Shown: positions 1-11,200 of the stretch, one piece after another
Layout of the letters: each line of letters opens with the position of its first letter
How positions within the stretch are numbered: the first letter of the stretch is position 1
Source of the DNA: Tubiluchus corallicola
Taxonomy: Eukaryota; Animalia; Priapulida
DNA length: 64,000 nt
NCBI GenBank assembly: GCA_030141605.1
Contig: JAQGDQ010000246.1
Location: forward strand, 1 to 64,000
Reading direction: 5' to 3'
Notes under the pieces: generated by a model
What the model was told of the DNA's origin: nothing
The model's database searches: none
Seen by the model: only the letters and a program-made list of their open reading frames with translations
Program-made: the position numbers and the translations under genes

Positions 1-1833
1 GCCACTTTTTTGCATTTAAAATTTCCATGCTTAATGTTCATGTTATGCTGTAGGATATGATGTTTATAGTAACATCATGGTTCATTGTTTTGACCTAATT
101 GAACTTGCTTATTATCTTTATGTTAATTATCTACTCATTTTCTAAATAGGCACCTACTGCAAAGCCTCAGTCTTGTTCTTCAAAGCCAGCACCCCGGAGA
201 GGAAGACCACCTTCAGTAAACTCTCAGAGAAAGTCTGCTTCTCCTGTACCATCCAAGGAAAAGAACAGTACTTTGACACAAAATGCATCCCCTAAGCTGA
301 AGCCAGGTTTCATACTAAGGGCAACAAGGCAGAATAGTTCAGGCGACCTGCTGTCATCTTCAGCTGCAGATGGTAAAAACATTAACAGACACTTATATAC
401 ATTGCCATATAATTGTATATTATATTTTAGTAAGTATAAATGTGTAATTGTATTTTGACTAGTAATTAGTAATGTGTACGTAATGTCGTAAGAAATTTTT
501 TCCAAATAGTCTCTAACTGAAATTAACAATTTTTTTAGTCAAGCCTGTGAAAAGAACAAGACATATGTCTGGCATATCTACAGTCACAGACACTTCTGGT
601 GATAATGGTAAGCTTATACAATATACTGACTTTGTTGTTGGAGTTCTAAATATTATGACATGCTTGGTATGTAATGTGCATCAAACATTCTACATGCAGT
701 TGATCACGTAATTTTATTGCAGCATGAAATAATTTGTGCTTTTCACTATTTATTTTTTTGGTATTGCAGATGCTGATGCAGAAAATGATAGTGATGATGA
801 AGAGCAGGTGCCAAAAGAAACCAGAAAGGGAAAGATCTTCCTCTCTTCTTCTCACACCCTCCCAAAGCGACAGTCATCAAGGTCTTCAATTACATCTACT
901 GCCAGCAAAACAGAAGATGCTCCAGAAAAGGAAGCTAAAGTTCAGAAGAAAGTTTTAGGAAAGAAAGTGTGCAAGGTTCTTAGCAGTGTGGCAGAAGGGT
1001 TTCAACAAAAGAAGCTGGAAACTTTTGGAAAACCAACTAAAAAGTCCATGGTACTTGTTGGATCAGATAATAAAAGACTAATAGTAGCTTCCAAGGATGC
1101 TAAGAAATCTGTAGCTGCAACAGTGAAGAAGAATGTAAAGGAGCCATCAAATAAAAAGACAGTTACCACAAGTACAAAGACGGTGCCTTCAATTTTGGCA
1201 ATGTCAGGGCATGATTCAAGTGCAGTATTAAACAACGATGATGATGACACAGATGTAGAGACAGAGAATAAGTTTGCTGATTGTAAAAGAGACCATGAAA
1301 TTTTAGTTACAAAGAACGAAAAACCTTCTATTAGCTCAGAAAGCACAACTGAAATACCTAGTGAAATTGAACAAGAAAAAAGTTCTGAAACTGATAGCAT
1401 TGATCTTACAAGTGTGCAGAAGAAAACTGAGAGAGAAAGAACACCCATTCTTCAAGCCTTAGCAGGGTTCAGTAATGTAGAACAAGCAAAACATGTGGAT
1501 GAAGAGGCCATTCACATTGAAAATGTTTCTGTGTCTCCTGAACCCTCAGAAACTGAAAAGCTGGAGACAACGACTAATCTAGATGCTGTTAATGCTGTTA
1601 AGACTGACGATAGAGTCTCCTCATTAACAGAAGACACCGAATGTGAGAGCAAAGCCGGTTTAATTGTCTGTGTTGCTGAAAATGACCAGCTTATAGCTGA
1701 AAATATAAAAGAAGATGAATCTAAGTCCTCGGACATCAAAATAGAAATCGACACAGGTCTTTTGGATTTAGAAGCCTCAAATATCTTGACAAAAGAAACT
1801 GAAGAACTTCAGTCTGTTAGGGATGAAATACGA
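1..1833 (+). repeat. Left arm of a near-perfect inverted duplication of 6115-7947 (partial ARID4 copy on the + strand; open at the window start)
   Basis: Position p pairs with 7948-p. Base 1 (gccacttttttgc) is the reverse complement of sequence ending at 7947, and identity stops after 'gaaatacga' at 1833/6115. The ORF track is mirrored (736..2097+ vs 5260..7212-). Two substitutions were noticed: 113/7835 and 1631/6317 (E vs A). Confidence 0.97.
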
Positions 1834-2097
1834 CTCCACCACATCACACCATACCACTGCACCACACCACACCGCACCACCCACATACCACACCACACCA
1901 CCCACACCATAATACTGCACCACATCACACTGCACTGCTCCACAACACCCACCCACCCACACACCACGCCACCCACTCCATACCACACTACCCACACCAC
2001 ACCCCACACACCCTATCACCCCACCACACCATCCATAGCACAACACACAAAGCACACCACCACCACACCACATCAAACCCACCACCTCACGTGGTGA
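150..2097 (+). pseudogene. Truncated duplicate of two ARID4 3' exons (150-372, 770-1833) reading into a microsatellite
   Basis: Same exon sequences and AG/GT sites as ARID4 exons 7798-7576 and 7178-6115. The frame continues through the CA-rich repeat to TGA at 2095-2097. Confidence 0.7.
1834..2090 (+). repeat. Degenerate (CACCA)n/(CACAC)n microsatellite at the duplication breakpoint
   Basis: Runs such as caccacaccacaccgcaccac and cacatcacactgcactg; followed by a short (GAT)n tract at about 2096-2122. Confidence 0.9.
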
Positions 2098-2232
2098 TCA
2101 TGATGTTGATGATGATGATGATGGTGGCAACGATGACGACACCTATAGCACAAGCACCAACAGCACAGCATTGCAACAAAACCATTCCAAACATTTTTCA
2201 CAAAGTTGAAACTATGTGCTATAATATAATAA

Positions 2233-4635
2233 ATAGCAAAGGCCCCGCAAAAGATTTTGCATAAAAAACCACGTGTAATCAATAATACGCGAACGTCCTA
2301 CACAGTCCTCATTTATAACACAACGCCCGTAACATCCTGCATACCGTTTGTTTAACTAACGCAAACCCGTAGCAGGCAGCTTTTTGCTGAATTAAAGTTA
2401 TAAGATTACAGCAGAGTACAATGGATGACGTCACAACAATGCCTTTGCGTCAATAGTTTTCTAAGCGAAAATTGCCGAAAATAGAACTCCTAATTAACTC
2501 GCCAATACTCCTCTCGGTGGACCTGCCCTAACATATAGCCCACATCATCGTGTAGCCCCGTTCTTCCTCTTTGTAAAGAGCCCCATATCTCCTTCCGAGA
2601 GTCCCACCGGGCGACGCTAGAACGTTTTTCCCGCAGGCTGTTTGGTCAAAATTTCGAAAAAATCGCGAGTTGGGTCCGGGAAAACGCCCGTTGCGGGACC
2701 CCGTGGCCCTCTCGCGAATTCTAAATAGGCCTATGACACCCACCGCTGAACGGGCTATCTATCCATACCCAGCACCCCCCTCGGCCCGTTCCCGTTCTCT
2801 ACATCTCAGCCGTATAACTTTTGCAAAAAACGGCCGAAAAAGGGCCATTTTTGGAGGTTTTTCGCCCCCCGTTCCTCCCGGTGGGCCCCATTCGAAAAAT
2901 AAACCATCAATGAGACGACACTAGATCGAGACCTTTCGTTTGATATATAGATCGCCGCAAATGGTGCCGTCGTCCGGGCTGTAGCCTCGAATCTTATATA
3001 TAAATAAATATACCAAGAATATTAATATTAACTAGCAAAGGCCCCGCAAAAGATTTTGCGTAAAAAACCACGTATAATCAATAACACGCGAACATCCTAC
3101 CTAGTCCACATTTATAACGCAAAGCCCGTAACATCATGCCTACAGTTTGTTTAACTAACGCAAAGCCTGTAGCAGCTTTTACTGAATTAAAGTTATAAGA
3201 TTATAGACAGAATACAATGGATGACGTCACAACAATGCCTTTGCGTCAGCAGTTTTCTAAGCGAAAATTGCCGAAAATGGAACCTCTAATTAACTCGCCA
3301 GTACTCCTCTCGGTGGACCTGCCCTAACATATATCCCACATCATCGTGTAGCCCCGTTCTTCTTCTTTGTAAAGAGCTATATATCTCCTTCCGAGAGTCC
3401 CACCAGGCGCCGCTAGAACGTTTTTCCCGCAGGCTGTTTGATCAAAATTTCGAAAAAATCGCGAGTTGGGTCCGCGAAAACGCCCGTTACGGGACCCCGT
3501 GGCCCTCTTGGGAATTCTAAATAGGCCTATGACACCCACCGCTGAACGGGCTATCTATCCATACCCAGCACCCCCCTCGGCCCGTTCCCGTTCTCTACAT
3601 CTCAGCCGTATAACTTTTGCAAAAAATGGCCGAAAAATGGCCATTTTTGGAGGTTTTTCGCCTCCCCTTCCGCGCTGTGGGCCCAATTCGAAAAATAAAC
3701 CCCCAATGAGACGACACTAGATCGAGACCTTTCGTTTGATGTATAAATCGCCGCAAATGGTGCCCTCGTCGAAGCTGTAGCCTCGAATCTTATATATATA
3801 TTAAGATACCAAGAATATTAATATAATAGACTAGCAAAGGCCCCGCAAAAGATTTTGCGTAAAAAACCACGTATAATCAATAACACGTGAACGTCCTACA
3901 CAGTCCTCATTTATAAGACAAAACCCGTAACATCCTGCCTACTGTTTGTTTACTTTGCCTATAGCAGCTTTTGCTGAATTAAAGTTATAAGATTACAGCA
4001 GAGTACAATGGATGACGTCACAACAATGCCTTTGCGTCAGTAGTTTTCTAAGCGAAAATTGCCGAAAATAGAACTTCTAATTAACTCGCCAATACTCCTC
4101 TCGGTGGACCTGCCCTAACATATAGCCCACACCGTCGTGTAGCCCCGTTCTTCCTCTTTGTAAAGAGCCCCATATCTCCTTCCGAGAGTCCCACCGGGCG
4201 ACGCTAGAACGTTTTTCCCGCAGGCTGTTTGGTCAAAATTTCGAAAAAATCGCGAGTTGGGTCCGGGAAAACGCCCGTTGCGGGACCCCGTGGTCCTCTC
4301 GCGAATTCTAAATAGGCCTATGACACCCACCGCTGAACGGGCTATCTATCCATACCCAGTACCCCCCTCGGCCCGTTCCCGTTCTCTACATCTCAGCCGT
4401 ATAACTTTTTGCAAAAAACGGCCGAAAAAGGGCCATTTTTGGAAGTTTTTCGCCCCCCCCCTTCCTTCCGGTGGGTCCGATTCGAAAAATAAACCCCCTA
4501 TGAGACGACACTAGATCGAGACCTTTCGTTTGATGTATAAATCGCCGCAAATGGTGCCCTCGTCGAAGCTGTAGCCTCGAATCTTATATATATATATATA
4601 TATATATACCAAGAATATTAATATAAGAGTATAGA
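2233..4635 (-). mobile_element. Tandem array of three ~800-bp non-autonomous Helitrons (2233-3031, 3032-3830, 3831-4635)
   Basis: Three direct repeats. On the - strand, copies end in the hairpin CGCAAAA-TC-TTTTGCG, then 9 nt, then CTAG (degenerate in copy 1). The array begins A|TCTATACTC at 4635, and each unit has a (TA)n tract near its 5' end. No Rep/helicase ORF. TC...hairpin-CTRR termini are the established Helitron signature. Confidence 0.8.
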
Positions 4636-4676
4636 TGATAACTAACATGTACAAAAATTACAACTTTAACTAATAA

Positions 4677-4730
4677 TTTACACAGACTACAGGAACATGG
4701 ACCTTTACACAGACTACAGGAACATGGACC
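4677..4730 (+). repeat. Exact 27-bp tandem duplication
   Basis: tttacacagactacaggaacatggacc occurs twice in tandem. Confidence 0.9.
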
Positions 4731-5259
4731 TAATCTTAAACTAATATTTTTCAAAGAATGACTTACGTGACACAATTATTACTACAGAAACTAATTCGCA
4801 TTCGCGCGGCTAGTTCTTAGGTGTTATATGTACTTTGCCATTCACTAGTTACATGAGCGCTAATGCCCGCATCTTTAAACCATGTTGCACAAAAAACAGA
4901 CACTGTACCTCTCAGTGTTCAGACGTTGCTCAGTTACGATTTGGCGCACACGTTGCAGAGCTCATGCGTGAGTGTTATGGTAAATTTGAAATTGACACAT
5001 TCAAGCTTAGAAGTTGCACAGTAGCACTGTACTTCACTTTTTACTTTTGGAAACATGTGCACAACCCTCGTGGAATGTTTGTGCTGTTGAAAATTATGTT
5101 TAATTATGATATCGTCGCTAACTGGGTTTGCCCACTGTTAATTAAGTTTTTAACCTATTATTATTTAACAGAAACATTTTGGCATTATTATAGGTGTTAA
5201 AATGCATACTTTTACCATACTTCAAAATGATAAGGAATACGAAAAATCATTGTTTTCCT

Positions 5260-8200
5260 TTAACTTTCAGGAAGAAAAGGGATAATTACCACTTTTGGAA
5301 ATAATCCTGTTGTTGGTGACGCTGCTTTGTATACCAATTCTTGCTTTGTGTCACTGGCAGCGTCCTTCACAAATGGTTTGTTTTCCATCACTTCACTAAC
5401 TCCAGCTTTATCATTTTTAGTTTTTCTTCCTTTCTCAATATCAATCTTATTCTGCTTCTTTTTGGTGACCTTTCGGGGTCTACCCTTTTTTGGTTTGGGT
5501 GTTTCTAAACATTCTGACACCTCACTAACTTCACTCGTATCAGATGTGCTATCGGGAAAATCATATGGAGAAGGTGAATCACCAGATTTAGCTTGTGGTT
5601 CTCTAAATGGACTCTCACTTCCGGCTTTTTTCTGGCTGTACAAAGTTGGCTTAAATTCATTCCTCCGGAAAGTGTTCTGCTGTTTTGTTTTGCACACCCG
5701 CTGTTTCTCTTGAGCGGACGGTTCTTCCTTTTTTTTAACATCTTCTGTGAAATCACTTTCAGTTAGACCAACCTTTTGCGCATTGGAAGCTTTCATAGAT
5801 GCCTCAACTATTCTTTCTATTTCATCTGCTACCGTATATTCAGATTTATCGACATCTGGTTCCCCTTGCTTCTCGTTATCTGCACATACATCTGTTGACA
5901 ATTCCACTTTCACAGCAGGTTTTTCATTTTCTGTAGGCAAAAACATTGTTGAGGCAATAACACTTTCAATGACGTTATCTACATTTAGAAGTGTTTGATG
6001 TTTTTTCTCTGTTAATAAGGTAATATCAGAGTCCACAACTACTCCCTTTGATTCGGAATCCTTAGCTACTTTTTTATCTGATGCACTGGCATTAGGGGAT
6101 TTTTTCTGCTGCATTCGTATTTCATCCCTAACAGACTGAAGTTCTTCAGTTTCTTTTGTCAAGATATTTGAGGCTTCTAAATCCAAAAGACCTGTGTCGA
6201 TTTCTATTTTGATGTCCGAGGACTTAGATTCATCTTCTTTTATATTTTCAGCTATAAGCTGGTCATTTTCAGCAACACAGACAATTAAACCGGCTTTGCT
6301 CTCACATTCGGTGTCTGCTGTTAATGAGGAGACTCTATCGTCAGTCTTAACAGCATTAACAGCATCTAGATTAGTCGTTGTCTCCAGCTTTTCAGTTTCT
6401 GAGGGTTCAGGAGACACAGAAACATTTTCAATGTGAATGGCCTCTTCATCCACATGTTTTGCTTGTTCTACATTACTGAACCCTGCTAAGGCTTGAAGAA
6501 TGGGTGTTCTTTCTCTCTCAGTTTTCTTCTGCACACTTGTAAGATCAATGCTATCAGTTTCAGAACTTTTTTCTTGTTCAATTTCACTAGGTATTTCAGT
6601 TGTGCTTTCTGAGCTAATAGAAGGTTTTTCGTTCTTTGTAACTAAAATTTCATGGTCTCTTTTACAATCAGCAAACTTATTCTCTGTCTCTACATCTGTG
6701 TCATCATCATCGTTGTTTAATACTGCACTTGAATCATGCCCTGACATTGCCAAAATTGAAGGCACCGTCTTTGTACTTGTGGTAACTGTCTTTTTATTTG
6801 ATGGCTCCTTTACATTCTTCTTCACTGTTGCAGCTACAGATTTCTTAGCATCCTTGGAAGCTACTATTAGTCTTTTATTATCTGATCCAACAAGTACCAT
6901 GGACTTTTTAGTTGGTTTTCCAAAAGTTTCCAGCTTCTTTTGTTGAAACCCTTCTGCCACACTGCTAAGAACCTTGCACACTTTCTTTCCTAAAACTTTC
7001 TTCTGAACTTTAGCTTCCTTTTCTGGAGCATCTTCTGTTTTGCTGGCAGTAGATGTAATTGAAGACCTTGATGACTGTCGCTTTGGGAGGGTGTGAGAAG
7101 AAGAGAGGAAGATCTTTCCCTTTCTGGTTTCTTTTGGCACCTGCTCTTCATCATCACTATCATTTTCTGCATCAGCATCTGCAATACCAAAAAAATAAAT
7201 AGTGAAAAGCACAAATTATTTCATGCTGCAATAAAATTACGTGATCAACTGCATGTAGAATGTTTGATGCACATTACATACCAAGCATGTCATAATATTT
7301 AGAACTCCAACAACAAAGTCAGTATATTGTATAAGCTTACCATTATCACCAGAAGTGTCTGTGACTGTAGATATGCCAGACATATGTCTTGTTCTTTTCA
7401 CAGGCTTGACTAAAAAAATTGTTAATTTCAGTTAGAGACTATTTGGAAAAAATTTCTTACGACATTACGTACACATTACTAATTACTAGTCAAAATACAA
7501 TTACACATTTATACTTACTAAAATATAATATACAATTATATGGCAATGTATATAAGTGTCTGTTAATGTTTTTACCATCTGCAGCTGAAGATGACAGCAG
7601 GTCGCCTGAACTATTCTGCCTTGTTGCCCTTAGTATGAAACCTGGCTTCAGCTTAGGGGATGCATTTTGTGTCAAAGTACTGTTCTTTTCCTTGGATGGT
7701 ACAGGAGAAGCAGACTTTCTCTGAGAGTTTACTGAAGGTGGTCTTCCTCTCCGGGGTGCTGGCTTTGAAGAACAAGACTGAGGCTTTGCAGTAGGTGCCT
7801 ATTTAGAAAATGAGTAGATAATTAACATAAAGATGATAAGCAAGTTCAATTAGGTCAAAACAATGAACCATGATGTTACTATAAACATCATATCCTACAG
7901 CATAACATGAACATTAAGCATGGAAATTTTAAATGCAAAAAAGTGGCATACCATTGAAATAATATATGTAAAATACCTTGGACAAAGAAAGATGGGAGGG
8001 TGTGCGAATAGCTGACGGTACTGGCTTTTTGTTCCGTAATCTATTTGGATGATCCAGTGACTTAACAATCTGATTTGGCTTGATCCACTCATCATACCTG
8101 TACGAAAGCAGTTTTGCAGCAAATTTTAATAAAACAGTGCCAATATCATTCACGTCACTTATTAAACAGTAGGCAACACAAGCAAATATAACCAACTGAA

Positions 8201-11200
8201 TGAATTATCGCAATAGATGTCCAGTTTATCTAGCCATAATTCACTATTGGTAAACAGTAAAAGATGAAGCTGAATTTGACAAAAAAAGAAAATATTACAT
8301 ATAAATAAAATTACCTAAGATTCCATCCCTGATAGTGTACTAAATATCTTGTTACAAGACCCGGCTGTTTACTGATTTCCATGATCTACGCAAAATAAGC
8401 ATAACCACAATTATTAGAATAATCAAACACAAACTGACATTTGAAAGTTAGCTTGAAATATATAATAAACTGCAAAATTACACATTACAGTTTAAATATT
8501 TGCTATATTATTTATCATAAATGAGTTGATGTAATTTGTACGACATTCAGGTTATAAAGTTTATTTCAGAGATATAAACTTCCAACATAGTTTACCCATA
8601 ATTTTCAAGTCTTGCGCTTTAAACATGAAACATCTGCATTTGATGCAGTCGTTGTGTTAACTTAATATTGCCAATTTCACTTTCTCGACTTTCTGCATGT
8701 AAGGATCATATGTTTCTCATGCATAATAATAAAGTTTTACACAAAAACAATTTTTGGCTTCCAATAATTCTACCTATCAAATTAGGCAATAGGCATAAAA
8801 ACGAGTTAGCACTATTTGCTAGCATTTCCTACTACTGTTCAAAGTATCATCCCGAAGTTATATATCGTCCTTCAGCAACATCAGGCTGAGCACAAGTTGC
8901 TTGGAACATGTCTAATTAATTTAAGCTTACAATGTCAAAGACAGTGTTTCACTTGTCTATGGTTGCAAAAGAATCAAAGAAAACACTTAAGACAGATTTG
9001 TGATCAACACACGAGCAAATGGGGCCTTGTCTTTTCCAGAGGTCTTCGTGGCTCATGAACAATATTCATGAACGAAAACAGACATTAATACTGACTCTTA
9101 CACATGTTACAAAATGTTTTATATGTCACACCATTGACAAATAGCAGACATCCTTCAAACACGATCAGAGCTGAAACCAGTCAAAGGCATTTAACTAGAT
9201 CAAACAGAGTGACGATAAGAAATTACGAATAAACATTCGCTTCTTAAACTTGGAGTTAAAATCCTGCCAATGTACCATATGGTTTTAATTTATTAGTAAT
9301 TTTCAAAATTTGTAATTGAAATTAAAATGGCTTTCATGTCAAAGGTATTTGATCAAAGTGCATTTTTGTATGGTAACAGCTGATACAGGGCAGGTTTCAC
9401 GCTATTTAAACAGCTTAGCAGTAATAGGTGTCGTTAATTATTCTGAAACATTTGGACTAATAGCTGTCACGACTGTTTTTCCATATAAATTTTCATTTGA
9501 AAGCCACTTCTCTTATAACATTCTTTAAAGTATCTCACTTTTGCCTGATAGGCATTCCCATCTTTGCCTTTCCCATAACGAACTGAAACTTTTTCTCCAA
9601 GTGCGAACTCCAAATCAGCTCCATAACTTCCTTCCAGAGACTCATCATCATCAGAGTCATTATCCATTCTATAAAATAAAAAAATCTATAATTATACAAC
9701 CATATTAAAACAGATGACCAAAATTAAGCACAATACAGTTTAATGTCTAATTGCTCTGTATTTGAGATGCTATTTACCCGGAAATCGTCCGTCGCCGATG
9801 GACTTGTCGTTCTGCTTTTACACCGGTCTTTTTGGTTTCTTTACAGTCTTTGCTGTCCTCTTTTTTAGCTTTTTTGGATTCCTTTTTTAAGTCTGATAGT
9901 TTCTTTTCTTTACCTTTTGATACGGTACTATCATCCTCTTCAATTAGCAGTGAAGGCTTTTTACTAATCTATAAATAAATAATTAATACAGACACTTGTA
10001 TTTTCAGTATAATAAATAATATTAAGACTGGTAGATTATCTTTCTTATGCAAAGTGCTACTTTAAAAAAATTACTATTATGTTCCTCAGAAAGTAAATTA
10101 AGTATAATTAAAACAAAGCAAAATAAAATTTCCAGGCAAAACTAACCTAAATTTTAAGAGAAAATACGTCTAAAATTTGAAATGATAAGAATACTGGGAA
10201 AGCTATAAGCTATGTTAGCATATTATGCCATTTGCTCAGAAACCAGGAAGGTAGTTAGAGGTGCATCAAATTGAAATAACACACCCTTTTTCTTGGAATA
10301 GTTTCTTCAGACAATTTCTGTTGTTTAGCAGCTTCCTTTAGCTCTTTCTGTTCATGGAGTTTAACCTAAGATAAATATTAGTGGTTATTAAACATTTTCA
10401 TCTCCAACAGCCTCTTTTCTGAAAAACAACAAAAATACTACATGTTTTTGGGAAATAAAATTATAGACTGACTCACCTTTGCAGTACTCCCTTTACTAGT
10501 AACCTTTTCTTTTCCTTCAACTTCATTTTGACTCATTGCTGACTCAATATTAAGTTCTAAGCGTGTCACACTTTTACCAGGAGATACTTTTGCTAACTTG
10601 TCTTTCATATCCTGCATTTAACAAAAAACATTAAAGATAAAACATCATGTACAAAATACAATTAAAATGAAATAAGTACATTAATGCATCAAAGAAGAAG
10701 AATTATGCAGATTAGAATTTTTATAGGTGAAAATTACTTTTGACTACTACCCAAATTTCGTCTCTTACATTGCAGTGAAAAAATATGTCCTGTATATTTA
10801 AATGAACAACTCATACAATAAATAACATGTTTCTGCTTTGTATTCGTCGTAAATCATTTTAACTTTCCCATCTTTTCACAAATTTTTGACAACAATACCT
10901 TGGAAGTAGTTTCAGCCTTTGTTCGTTTTGGCTTTGCAGATGCGTTTGGGCTACCAGGTGAAGAAACAATGTCTCGGCTCAATACCAAATGGCGATTTGA
11001 GGCTTGACGACCTCTGCTAGGTCGGCCTGCCGGTCCCATCATATTACCAAGCTTTCGATAAAAATCTTCAAAGCTGAACAAATACCTACAAAAAACAATG
11101 CAGTGCAGTGCAAAAATTGCTTCATAAAATTAATTATGAAATGATAAAATAACAATTTAAAAAAATAGAGGCTAATAACACTCTGTCTACCAATATGAAG

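Noticed and set aside
1834-2090. Telomere-like CA-rich tract
   Set aside because: There are no regular CCCTAA or CCTAA units; it fits a degenerate pentanucleotide microsatellite.
2528-4514. Repeated 71-85 aa ORFs on both strands (also 25872-26171)
   Set aside because: They are by-products of the GC-richer Helitron interior repeated three times. They have no recognisable domain, and one copy is frameshifted.
2233-4635. CRISPR-like or rDNA-like reading of the tandem array
   Set aside because: The units are ~800-bp full-length repeats with no unique spacers, no cas genes and no rRNA motifs, in a eukaryotic context.
1002-6946. Ser/Phe/Leu-rich antisense ORFs overlapping large exons (also at 34691, 35534, 43400 and 44369)
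   Set aside because: These are shadow ORFs on the strand opposite real Glu/Lys-rich exons.
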